DNA of 64,000 nucleotides from an uncultured Bdellovibrionales bacterium (GCA_964458715.1 CAYWJP010000001.1:2022-66021), one strand, 5' to 3'. Shown: positions 50,168 to 59,426, counted from the stretch's first letter. A program made the numbers and translations. Notes: generated by a model from the letters alone, not told the origin.

Positions 50168-51307
50168 TTAATCTTCTTTAGGTCGATCAATTATTGGTCG
50201 GTCCACCGCTTCGATGATTTTTTTATCAGCAATTCGCAAAACATCTTTATCTATTTTGGTCAATTCCTTGCTAGCGTGATTGTAGTGGTTGACAGTAGTC
50301 GACAAAGAATTGCCAACTTTCCCAAAAAATTCATCATAACTTTTCAAATGACGCCCCAATTTTTCCACATTTTTTTGAATATTTTTTGCTGATTCTTCAA
50401 TCTGAAGAGACCGAAGTCCCTGCAAAACCGTTTGAAGATAAGCCAAAAAAGAAGTCGGGGAAACAATTACTACGTGTTTTTCTTTGAAAGCGTATTCAAC
50501 TAAATCTCGATGAGCTGAACCTACTCTTTTGATTAACAAATCATAATAAATTGATTCAGAAGGGATAAACATAAAAGCAAAATCCATGGTCTTTTCTTTG
50601 GGTCGAATGTATTTGGAAGTTTCATCAATCCGATTTTTCAAATCTTGATTGAAATCTTTTATCAGACCTGGTCGATCTTCTTTTTTACATTTCAAAAGTT
50701 TTTCATATTTTTCCAAAGAAAATTTAGAGTCAACTGGGATTATCTTGTCTTTAACAAAAATGACCGCATCGACTGCCTCCCCATTTTTAAATCGATACTG
50801 CATTTGAAAATTATGGGGTGGCAAAACATTCTTCAAAGTTTCCTCCAAGAAATACTCGCCCAAAACTCCCCGTTGTTTTGGATTTTTCAAAATATCCTGA
50901 AGGTCTTTCAATTGAGAAGAAAAATTAACCACCTGTTTATTGGTCTCATCTAATTTGGTTAATCTTTCAGTTACTTCTCTGATGGATCGGTTGGAATGTT
51001 TACTCATCTCATTGAATTGAGAATTAATCTGTTCAAATAAACTTCGACTTTCCTTAGAAATTCCCTTGGACATCTCTTGCATCACCTGACTGCTGTCTTT
51101 TAATTGGTTTTTAGTAATTTTATTTATTTCCGATAATTTATGATCCATAATTTCCGACATTTGCCCCATTCTTTGTTGCATCATCATCATCGATTTATCT
51201 TCGTTCGGACTTTTTTTCAAATCCGTTAACTTTTGATTCAATACAAAAATTGCTCCAGCTGCAAGGATTATTAAAACTATTAAAAATACGATTATTAAAA
51301 TATCCAT
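50168..51307 (-). CDS. rmuC: DNA recombination protein RmuC (start ATG 51307)
   Basis: RGVLGE, VDSKF, DFAFMFIPSE, VSPTS. Confidence 0.9.
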   Translation of the reverse strand: MDILIIVFLIVLIILAAGAIFVLNQKLTDLKKSPNEDKSMMMMQQRMGQMSEIMDHKLSEINKITKNQLKDSSQVMQEMSKGISKESRSLFEQINSQFNEMSKHSNRSIREVTERLTKLDETNKQVVNFSSQLKDLQDILKNPKQRGVLGEYFLEETLKNVLPPHNFQMQYRFKNGEAVDAVIFVKDKIIPVDSKFSLEKYEKLLKCKKEDRPGLIKDFNQDLKNRIDETSKYIRPKEKTMDFAFMFIPSESIYYDLLIKRVGSAHRDLVEYAFKEKHVVIVSPTSFLAYLQTVLQGLRSLQIEESAKNIQKNVEKLGRHLKSYDEFFGKVGNSLSTTVNHYNHASKELTKIDKDVLRIADKKIIEAVDRPIIDRPKED

Positions 51308-51333
51308 AAGATTAATTTCTAATTTATACTTCC

Positions 51334-52257
51334 TCAAACTCTCACTCTTGTCTCCTCTAAATCCCCCACCCTCTCCCATTGCTCATCAACTTTATTTTGG
51401 ATGTCCTTTATTAGAGCATTTTTATTCTTACTCTTGAAAATGTGCTTGAATCTCCCCTGAGTTTGAATAAATTCTTCAATTTTAATTCTCTTTTGAGGCT
51501 TATAATTGATCTTGTATTCTCCATCAATAATTTCGTAAAGTGGCCAAAAATTAGTTTCTGTTCCTAATTTGGCAATTTCGATAGTTTTATAAGGAGCATG
51601 CACCCACTGATTAGGGCAAGGTGAAAAAACTAAAATGAACGAAGGACCTTTGGTAGCAAAAGCTTTTTTAACTTTGGCCTGAAAATCATCAATAAACCCC
51701 ACATTGGCAGTCGCCGCGTATTTAATATGATGAGCGGCTACAATCGCCATTAAATCTTTTCGAGCTACTTCTTTTCCAAAAGATTCTTTGCCAGCTGGGG
51801 TGGTTTCGGTTGAAGCGCCAAAGGGCGTAGCTCCGCTTCTCTGATTTCCAGTGTTCATATAAGCTCCATTATCATAACAAACATAAAGAAAATCGTGTTG
51901 TCGTTCCAAGGCTCCCGACAAAGCTTGCAATCCAATATCATAAGTCCCGCCATCTCCACCAAAAGCCACAAATTTAACTGGTTTTTTTGTTTTGATTTTT
52001 TTGCGTTTAAGTAAAGCTCTGTAGGCCGTTTCCGCTCCCGAAACCGTCGCTCCAGCATTTCCAAAAACACTATGAATATAGGGAACTTTCCAAGAAGTAT
52101 TCGGATAAATTGTGGTAGTCACTTCCATGCAACCGGTAGCATTAGTCACGACGATTGGATTATCAGTTCCATTCAAAACTGTTCGAGCAATTATCCCGAT
52201 TGGACAACCAGCACAAGTTCCAGAAGTAGTAAATTTTTGTTCTTTTTCTTTAAGCAT
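51334..52257 (-). CDS. porB: Pyruvate/2-oxoacid:ferredoxin oxidoreductase beta subunit (TPP-binding)
   Basis: CAGC, ATGCME, GGDGG, DNGAYMNTG. Confidence 0.92.
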   Translation of the reverse strand: MLKEKEQKFTTSGTCAGCPIGIIARTVLNGTDNPIVVTNATGCMEVTTTIYPNTSWKVPYIHSVFGNAGATVSGAETAYRALLKRKKIKTKKPVKFVAFGGDGGTYDIGLQALSGALERQHDFLYVCYDNGAYMNTGNQRSGATPFGASTETTPAGKESFGKEVARKDLMAIVAAHHIKYAATANVGFIDDFQAKVKKAFATKGPSFILVFSPCPNQWVHAPYKTIEIAKLGTETNFWPLYEIIDGEYKINYKPQKRIKIEEFIQTQGRFKHIFKSKNKNALIKDIQNKVDEQWERVGDLEETRVRV

Positions 52258-52285
52258 ATATAAATTGTTATTTAAAAAATATCAA

Positions 52286-52431
52286 TAAATTCTAAATCCA
52301 AAATTTCAAATTCCAAATAAATTACAATTTTCAAAATCTCGATGCTCAAAAACTAGCTTCGAGAATGTTTTGAATTTAAAATATTGTTATTTGGTGCTTA
52401 TTTGTTATTTGTAATTTTAAATTTGGTGCTT
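52286..52431. repeat. Periodic CAAAT/ATTTG inverted-repeat element between porA and porB
   Basis: ttgg(t/c)gcttatttg.tatttgtaattttaaatttg shared with the 23695-23836 element. Confidence 0.75.
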
Positions 52432-52455
52432 ATTTTCAAATTATTTAATTCAAAA

Positions 52456-53586
52456 TCACATCATAAAATATATTTCCTTCCTTTTTTTATTGAATATACC
52501 TTCAATATCTTTTTCAAAAATATCCCTCCCTCCCAAACCGTAAACTACACTTTCAGGTTCTTTTCCGGTGGATTTTTGAACCTCACCTACCAAAACCTGC
52601 CCTGTTCCAAAAGCCATATTCCGATCCATCACAACTACCCGTTTAATTCCTTTCAAGGCTTTTTGAACTTCTTTGCGAGGGAAAGGTCGGAATAGTCTAA
52701 TCTTTAATAATCCCACTTTTTTTCCTTCTGCTCGCATTTTATCAACTACGCTAGAAATTGTTCCACAAGTTGATCCCATTGCTACCATAACTATATTAGC
52801 GTCTTTTATTTTATAAGTTTCAATTTGTTCATATTTTCGCCCAGATATTTTTCCAAAATCTTTGACGACTTCATTGAATTTTTTCCCTGCCTCTTCCATT
52901 GCATCGTAAATTTGCTTCCTAAATTCAAAATAACTATCAGGCAAAGCAATTGAACCAAAAGTTTTAGGCTTATCAAAATCCAAAAGACTTTTTTTAGGTT
53001 TATATTCTCCAATAAATTTATAAACTATACCATCGTTCAAAAGTTCTAAATTCTCTACGCTATGAGAAAGAATGAAACCATCCAAGTTGATTATGGCTGG
53101 CAATAAAACTTTTTCGGCTAATTTTAGAGCGATAAAAGTATTATCATAAGCCTCTTGAGCATTTTCCGAAAAAATTTGAATCCAACCAGTATCTCTCATT
53201 GCCATAGCATCCGAATGATCGCAGTGAATATTTAGAGGACCAGAAATGGCTCGATTAGCTACTGCCATTACAATTGGCAACCGCATCGCGGAAGCCACTG
53301 GTAAAACTTCCATCATATACATAATTCCCTGAGAAGCCGAAGCTGTCATTGTTCGCGCCCCTGAAGCCGAAGCTCCAATACAAGCACTCATAGCGCTATG
53401 CTCTGATTCAACCTGAATCATTTCGGTATCAGCTTTTCCATCGACTACTTTCTTGGAAAAATATTCCACTATCGGAGTTTGGGGAGTAATCGGATAAACC
53501 GCCATCACGTCTGGATTGATTTGATTAATCGCTTCTCCGACAGCAAATCCGCCAGTCAAAGCTACTTTTTTATTTTTGCTTATCAT
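52456..53586 (-). CDS. porA: Pyruvate/2-oxoacid:ferredoxin oxidoreductase alpha subunit
   Basis: YPITPQT, ESEHSA, DGFILSH, RLFRPFP, YGLGGR. Confidence 0.93.
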   Translation of the reverse strand: MISKNKKVALTGGFAVGEAINQINPDVMAVYPITPQTPIVEYFSKKVVDGKADTEMIQVESEHSAMSACIGASASGARTMTASASQGIMYMMEVLPVASAMRLPIVMAVANRAISGPLNIHCDHSDAMAMRDTGWIQIFSENAQEAYDNTFIALKLAEKVLLPAIINLDGFILSHSVENLELLNDGIVYKFIGEYKPKKSLLDFDKPKTFGSIALPDSYFEFRKQIYDAMEEAGKKFNEVVKDFGKISGRKYEQIETYKIKDANIVMVAMGSTCGTISSVVDKMRAEGKKVGLLKIRLFRPFPRKEVQKALKGIKRVVVMDRNMAFGTGQVLVGEVQKSTGKEPESVVYGLGGRDIFEKDIEGIFNKKRKEIYFMM

Positions 53587-54256
53587 CTGTATTTTCTATA
53601 AATTTAATTACCTCACCAAAATTTTCAACTTTTTTATCAGCTAAATCTATTACATTTTTTCGAGACACATTTTCGGTATAAGCTAAAAAATAATCGGCTT
53701 CTTCTTCTCTTTTGATCTCATAATCAGTCCAACCATCCCCAACTGCAAAAATCATTCCTTTAAGGTCCAAGGCTTCCATTTGCTTAACTTTTCCGTAAGC
53801 TTTAGTCATAAAACCGCCCTCGTTAATTCCAGAAACCATTCCCTGATTATCGAACACGAATTCATTGGCTAAAATATTTTCTCGAGGAATTTTGAAATAA
53901 TCCGAAACTAGAAAAATACATTGCTTGAAACCGCCTGATATTACAAAAATTTGCTTATTGTTTTTCTCTAAAAAATCTTTATTCTCCAAAAAAGAATCTG
54001 AAATATTTTCTCTCATTTTTTGAGCTACTTTCTCCACTTCTTCGCGACTAGCTGAAAAAAGTTTTAATCGACTTCTTAAAGATTCAGCAAAGGAAATCTC
54101 GCCTCTCATTCCTTTTTTAGTAATTTCTTCAATTTTTTCTTGAATTTCATTTTTATTGGGATTGTCTTTTAAAGCCTCTCGAGCTATCTCCTCTAAAGCT
54201 TCTAATTTTACAAAAGTACTATCAAAATCTATCACTAAAAAATTAGTTGAGTTCAT
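53570..54256 (-). CDS. HAD-IB phosphatase, phosphoserine-phosphatase-like
   Basis: DFDST, ISGGF, VGDGWTD. Confidence 0.85.
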   Translation of the reverse strand: MNSTNFLVIDFDSTFVKLEALEEIAREALKDNPNKNEIQEKIEEITKKGMRGEISFAESLRSRLKLFSASREEVEKVAQKMRENISDSFLENKDFLEKNNKQIFVISGGFKQCIFLVSDYFKIPRENILANEFVFDNQGMVSGINEGGFMTKAYGKVKQMEALDLKGMIFAVGDGWTDYEIKREEEADYFLAYTENVSRKNVIDLADKKVENFGEVIKFIENTDDKQK

Positions 54257-54273
54257 CTATAAATCTTTATGGG

Positions 54274-54564
54274 TTATTTCGTATCCTTATTTATCATTTT
54301 TATGGCTTTAATTGGACAGATTTCAGCGCACAAACCACAACCTTTGCAATATTTATAATCCACCACAGATTTATTTTTACCGTCCACTTTTTTTATTCTT
54401 ATTGCATCTTCTGGACAAAATTTTACACATAAACCACAAGCGATACATTTGTCACTAATTTCTGGCGCCACTTGAGACCACTCACCAGTAGGTGGATAAT
54501 TTTTTTCATCATTTTCAATTACTCCCCCTAATTCTTGTCCTTTTTTATCATTATTATTCTTCAT
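54274..54564 (-). CDS. porD: Oxidoreductase delta subunit, 2x[4Fe-4S]
   Basis: TGEW, CIACGLCVKFCP, YCKGCGLCAEICP. Confidence 0.9.
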   Translation of the reverse strand: MKNNNDKKGQELGGVIENDEKNYPPTGEWSQVAPEISDKCIACGLCVKFCPEDAIRIKKVDGKNKSVVDYKYCKGCGLCAEICPIKAIKMINKDTK

Positions 54565-55111
54565 AAGCTGCCCTGATAGCATTAATATTTTTATTAGTTT
54601 TTTCTAAACCAATCTTCTCTCCGTATTTACTACGAAAAACTTTAACTAAATTTTCCAATTTAACCGCCTTAGTAACTACTGAAAATTTTCCTAGGATAAC
54701 GGTGTTGGGCCTATTTTCTCCTACTATTTTAGTTGAAAGACCCGAAGCATCAACAATGACCAGATTACCCTTGAAGGGAATCAAAGCTGAAATTTCCTCC
54801 TTAGTTTTCCGAGTATTTATTATTAAAAACGAATCTTTACTTAAATTTTCAAAACCTTCAAAAACCTCCAACAGAGTTTCATCCAAAACCATGAAACAAG
54901 CTGGGTTGGTAATCGGCTCTCGAGTTTTTATGGGCTTATCAAAAATTCGAACAAAAGTTTGAACTGGAGCGCCACTTCTCTCTGGACCAAATTCCGGAAA
55001 AGCTTGAACGTATTTGTCTTCCAACAAAGCCCCTTGGGCAATTATCTCAGCGGTCGTTTTAGCTCCTTGCCCGCCTCGTCCATAAATTATAATTTCAAAT
55101 ATCTTTTTCAT
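54554..55111 (-). CDS. porC: Oxidoreductase gamma subunit
   Basis: GRGGQGAKT, AFPEFGPERSGAPV. Confidence 0.9.
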   Translation of the reverse strand: MKKIFEIIIYGRGGQGAKTTAEIIAQGALLEDKYVQAFPEFGPERSGAPVQTFVRIFDKPIKTREPITNPACFMVLDETLLEVFEGFENLSKDSFLIINTRKTKEEISALIPFKGNLVIVDASGLSTKIVGENRPNTVILGKFSVVTKAVKLENLVKVFRSKYGEKIGLEKTNKNINAIRAAYEE

Positions 55112-55134
55112 TTTTATTTTATTTTACAAATTTT

Positions 55135-56352
55135 CTATTCTAAATGTACTTTAACTATTTCAATAATATCTTCTTTTTGAAAAATTCCGTTCAAAAAATC
55201 TTCTCCCACGAATGAAGCTGGTGTTCCGGCAATTCCAAATTGGTTTCCTTGTTCAATGGATTCTAAAATTAAATCTCGGCTAGTCTCAGCGCTACTACAT
55301 TCATCAAATTCTATTTTATTTAAGCCTATCTGCAAAGCGTATTGATCAAAAATTTTAAAATCTTTACTAATAATCCATTTTTCTTGATTAGCAAACAATA
55401 AATCAGCCATTTCTTCAAATCGTCCTTGCTTATAAGCACACTGTCCAGCCAAAGCCGCACTAATAGCTTGTCCCTGCAAATCTAGAGGAAAATTTTTGTA
55501 AACCAGCGCTAACTGATCTCCAGTAAATTCATTTCGAGCCTGTTTAGCTGCTTCATAAAAAATTTTAGAATAAGAACATTGAAAATCAAAAAAGGTTATA
55601 ATTTTTACTTGAGCGCTTTTATTTCCAATAATAATATCTCCATCTTTTTCGGTAGGAATTTCTAAATATTTCCCTACTGGAATTCCTAAGGCGGTAGCGT
55701 TCAAGACAAACTTGTTATCTTTTTGATTAAAAATTTCTTGAACCTGATCTTCCTGGAAAAAATTGGCTTCTTGAATCTTTTTGTCAAAAACAAAAGAAGG
55801 GATACTTTTTAATTCATAATTTTTAATTAATTTTTTTCCTTCTTCTGAAGATTCAGAAACTTTATTAATAGCCATAGTAGGAATAAATTTCTTCATCCAA
55901 ACTAAAATATCATCAGCGTTACAAGCTATACATTCTTCTTCGTTATCAGCAATCAAAATATCAACTTTAATAGCAGGTTCTTTATAGGCCACCCAAGTTT
56001 TATCGCCTAACTCAAACACATCAGCTGTTCGTAAAGATCTTTCAGAATAACCATTCTTGGTAACAATTTGCATTACATCCACGAATAAACTCCCCACAAA
56101 AAGTCCCAAGATAAGAACAATGGCAGAAATTAAATTCTGAATTTTGCTATTCTCCTTTTTTTTATTTTCAATATCTCGCAAAGTCATCCCTCTTCGAGAC
56201 TTCTTGACCGTTTTCTGGCTAGAAGTAATTTTAACTTTTCTAATTTGACTCTTTTTCTGAACTTTTGCTCTAATTTTCTTTTGACGAATCTTTTTGATCA
56301 TCTTTTCAACAAACTTTGTCTTTCCCTCCTTATTTTTATTTTTTTTAGCCAT
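55135..56352 (-). CDS. Membrane-anchored DsbA/thioredoxin-fold protein
   Basis: FFDFQCSYS, KNFPL, GIAGTP; TM helix after a basic N-terminus. Confidence 0.8.
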   Translation of the reverse strand: MAKKNKNKEGKTKFVEKMIKKIRQKKIRAKVQKKSQIRKVKITSSQKTVKKSRRGMTLRDIENKKKENSKIQNLISAIVLILGLFVGSLFVDVMQIVTKNGYSERSLRTADVFELGDKTWVAYKEPAIKVDILIADNEEECIACNADDILVWMKKFIPTMAINKVSESSEEGKKLIKNYELKSIPSFVFDKKIQEANFFQEDQVQEIFNQKDNKFVLNATALGIPVGKYLEIPTEKDGDIIIGNKSAQVKIITFFDFQCSYSKIFYEAAKQARNEFTGDQLALVYKNFPLDLQGQAISAALAGQCAYKQGRFEEMADLLFANQEKWIISKDFKIFDQYALQIGLNKIEFDECSSAETSRDLILESIEQGNQFGIAGTPASFVGEDFLNGIFQKEDIIEIVKVHLE

Positions 56353-56387
56353 TTCAATTTGGTTTAAAAATAAGGTTTTAATTAATA

Positions 56388-56618
56388 TTAATATTCATTT
56401 TCGTTATTTGATTTAAAAACCTCTTGTTTAATTTGGATTTCATCACTTTTCAAAATTTTCTGATCATCATATCCAGAAACAATTGTTCGTAAAGCTTGTG
56501 ATTTAAACATTACTCCAATTAAAAATCCTAGCACAAATAACGCTCCTAATCTCAACCTACCTATAAAAATTTCATCTTTAATTATTTTTTCCCAATTGAT
56601 TTTTTTCTTGATTTTCAT
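56388..56618 (-). CDS. Small membrane protein
   Basis: One TM helix; GYDD. Confidence 0.55.
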   Translation of the reverse strand: MKIKKKINWEKIIKDEIFIGRLRLGALFVLGFLIGVMFKSQALRTIVSGYDDQKILKSDEIQIKQEVFKSNNENEY

Positions 56619-56843
56619 ATTGCGTTTATTAATATTCTCCTATTCAACACCAAGAAACTATTTAAAATTTCACCATAATTTATAAAATTTTACTTATTTA
56701 TTAAAAAGACAGTTACTAATAAAATATCACATTAAAAACAGTTTCACAACTGTATCCTCAAGGTTATTTTTTCTTACTATGTTGATAATCTTTTTTAATT
56801 TGATATACTAAATTATAGAAACAACAAATTAAAATAAAATACG

Positions 56844-57185
56844 ATGCGAAAATTTTTCTATATATTCCCAACTTTGTCTTTAGCCTTATCTATGGGAAAT
56901 TTAATCAACGGGCGAATTTTCGAGTCCTTACTTTGGCTTTTAACAACAGTGCTAATCGCTTTAATTTTTGTTCCTTTGGCTGTTAGGGCTAATGAAAAAG
57001 ATGTTCCCGTTTATCAGGTTTTTGCTCCAATTTTATTAATACCTCTGTTTTTTTCAATTTTTTCCATTATGGATTTCCGCCGAATTGAACTTTTAACTGG
57101 TCCTCAAGCAATTATTTATGGTATAGTAACAGGCATACTAGGGCTAATCACTTTAATGTTATTGATTGGTTCTAATAAATACTAG
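56844..57185 (+). CDS. Hypothetical 4-TM membrane protein
   Basis: Hydrophobic ORF followed by a terminator. Confidence 0.6.
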   Translation: MRKFFYIFPTLSLALSMGNLINGRIFESLLWLLTTVLIALIFVPLAVRANEKDVPVYQVFAPILLIPLFFSIFSIMDFRRIELLTGPQAIIYGIVTGILGLITLMLLIGSNKY

Positions 57186-57208
57186 ACTTCACTATTTTTT
57201 ACCACAAG

Positions 57209-57234
57209 AATCTTTCCCTTAAGGGAGAGATTTT
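57209..57234. terminator. Terminator between convergent genes
   Basis: aatctttccct-ta-agggagagatt followed by a T run. Confidence 0.65.
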
Positions 57235-57239
57235 TATTT

Positions 57240-58502
57240 TTAACAACAATATAATTTATCAGGAATTTTTCCGTCGCTCTTTCCGCCAAAAGGATTGCCC
57301 TTCTTTTCTATTTTTTTCAACATTTCTTTATTATTCGAACTTTGGATTCCATTTTTTTCTTGTTCGACTCTAATTTGCTTTACCATTCGAGCTAGTCCTA
57401 TTTTCATCGGACAATTTTCAGAACAAGAATAACAAATAATACAGTCATGACTACCACTTTTTTTAGCTTTTTTGAGACCTTTTTGCACCGCTTCAAAGAT
57501 AATTCCTTTAGATCCGATATAACCATCATTTCCGTAATGACTTCCTTTTTGGTTATAAACCGGACAAAAATTAATGCAAGCTCCACAATTAATACAATGT
57601 AAAATATCACCGAATCCTTTTTTAATCATTTCTCGTCTTCCATTATCAACTAAAATTACATGGACTTCGTGAGCACCTTGAGCTCCCAACACTAGTTGAT
57701 TTTCAATATCGGCTGTTTTGGAGGGTCCAGAAATAATTGAAATATATTGAGTAATATCTTGACCAGTTCCAAAAAGAGCGGCTGTTTGACAAAGCTTCAC
57801 AGCATCTTCAACTGATTCGGTAATTTTATCAATTCCGCAAAGAACAATGTGTTTTTTTGGTAAACGAGAAACCAAAGAAATGTTACCCTCATTCTCTAGT
57901 AAAACTACTTGACCTTCTTCTGTAAAAAAATTAGCCCCAGTTACTCCAATCTCGGCTTCCAAAATCTTCTCTCGAATTTTCTGGCATAAATAATGAGTTA
58001 ATTTTTCTGGATCAATTCTAATATCATCTTTGTATGTTTGCTTAATTTTTTTAGCAATCATTTTTGCTGTTATATGAATAGACGGCAAAACAAAATGCTC
58101 GTCTGTTTCTTTGAACATTTTCACAATAAAATCTCCTAGATCAGTCTCGCTCCAATCATGTTTTTCAAAAACTTTTTTAATCTCAATTTCCCTCCCAGTA
58201 TTAGTTTTAGAGGAAATTATCTTTTTATTTTCCCCAATTATTTTCTCTAAAATTTTTCGAGCATCCTTATCGTCTCTCACTTCATAAACTTGAAACCCTC
58301 TTTTTTCAAAATTCTGTTTAGCTAATCTTAGATTTTTCTCAAAATCCGCAAAAGGCTTCTGCCGAATTTCAGTCATTTTGTCTTTATACTGATTTTCATC
58401 AATATCTTTACTTGCAAAAAATTTCCGCCGATTTTCTGCACCAAAATTAACCGCTTTCTTTATAGCTTCTCGACTTTCTGATTTTAGATAATCTTGTTTC
58501 AT
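57240..58502 (-). CDS. LUD-domain / LutB-like iron-sulfur protein
   Basis: ETDLGDFI, GVTGAN, ENEGN, GPSKTADIE, CINCGACINFCP, CIICYSCSENCP. Confidence 0.88.
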   Translation of the reverse strand: MKQDYLKSESREAIKKAVNFGAENRRKFFASKDIDENQYKDKMTEIRQKPFADFEKNLRLAKQNFEKRGFQVYEVRDDKDARKILEKIIGENKKIISSKTNTGREIEIKKVFEKHDWSETDLGDFIVKMFKETDEHFVLPSIHITAKMIAKKIKQTYKDDIRIDPEKLTHYLCQKIREKILEAEIGVTGANFFTEEGQVVLLENEGNISLVSRLPKKHIVLCGIDKITESVEDAVKLCQTAALFGTGQDITQYISIISGPSKTADIENQLVLGAQGAHEVHVILVDNGRREMIKKGFGDILHCINCGACINFCPVYNQKGSHYGNDGYIGSKGIIFEAVQKGLKKAKKSGSHDCIICYSCSENCPMKIGLARMVKQIRVEQEKNGIQSSNNKEMLKKIEKKGNPFGGKSDGKIPDKLYCC

Positions 58503-58685
58503 AATTTTTCATAAATAAATCAACTCCATTTAATAAATATACCATGAATGTTAATCTCTTAATAATTTATAATATCATTTTCTAAAATAATCTGCAAAAA
58601 TTTATTTAATATTCTTTTAATGTTATAATTATGGAAAGTATTTTTACTCTTAATTCTAATAACAAAAAATAAAACTGGAAATATT

Positions 58686-59291
58686 ATGTTCAGACGATTA
58701 TACTCAGTTAAAATAAAAACTGGTGATTTATTAAAACACGAAACCAAAAGTCATGTTTTGTTTAAATTTTCTTTAGTCCTTTCTGTTTTTATTATTTACT
58801 TTTTGTTTATAGCCAAAAAATATGGAGTTCAACAAGGATTCATGGTTTCTATCTTAACTTGGTCATTTTTTGTACTGTGCACTCCAGTAGCCGATGCTGG
58901 TTTTTTAATTGACTTCCCCTTACGTTTAATTACAAATTTAAAAATGCTTATAGCAGAAGGCTTAGTTTGGCTACTTGCTATCAGTCTTAATATTTACGTC
59001 TTTTTCTTCAATCCTAATATTTACGAAAAAACAAAGTTGCTCAAACTTTTTAAGCATATCCTAGAAAATCCTCTTCCTTTTTGGAGTATTATTTTGATTT
59101 CTCTAATCGGAACTTTTGTCTCTATTAAATTTGGCGATGAACTTTTAGACAAAGTTCAACATAGAGAAAGAAAAATTTACCAAAAACACAAACTTAATCA
59201 CCAATTGATTACCATGATTTTTCTAATAGCAATCTCTCTGGTACTTTATGATTTTCTTCTAAAAAAACTTGGGATTAACTTACCGATTTAA
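58686..59291 (+). CDS. Conserved-looking hypothetical membrane protein
   Basis: WSFFVLCTPVADAGFLIDFP; about 5 TM helices. Confidence 0.65.
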   Translation: MFRRLYSVKIKTGDLLKHETKSHVLFKFSLVLSVFIIYFLFIAKKYGVQQGFMVSILTWSFFVLCTPVADAGFLIDFPLRLITNLKMLIAEGLVWLLAISLNIYVFFFNPNIYEKTKLLKLFKHILENPLPFWSIILISLIGTFVSIKFGDELLDKVQHRERKIYQKHKLNHQLITMIFLIAISLVLYDFLLKKLGINLPI

Positions 59292-59326
59292 AAAACAAGA
59301 TAATCACAAATATTAAATTAATTTAA

Positions 59327-59419
59327 AAAACTTCTGAATCTGTATGTAATTTGAGGAAGATTCGATTCGCCGCGGCAAAGGAAAACCTGACAAAGAAGTG
59401 TGCCAAATTTGAAAGTTTT
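59327..59419 (+). repeat. Long-hairpin element copy G (degenerate; 3' of the exonuclease gene)
   Basis: atgta-a-ttt-gagg-a...gacaaa-gaa-g-tgtgc-caaatttgaaagtttt; nested tcgccgcggc. Confidence 0.7.
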
Positions 59420-59426
59420 GCCAATC

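Noticed and set aside
52384-52695. 103-aa hydrophobic ORF
   Set aside because: It starts inside an AT-rich repeat and runs antisense to porA.
14195-59419. Hairpin family as canonical integron attC sites or a CRISPR array
   Set aside because: No RYYYAAC/GTTRRRY boxes, no integrase, and the adjacent genes are core genes. The copies are dispersed with no repeat-spacer pattern, and no cas genes are present.
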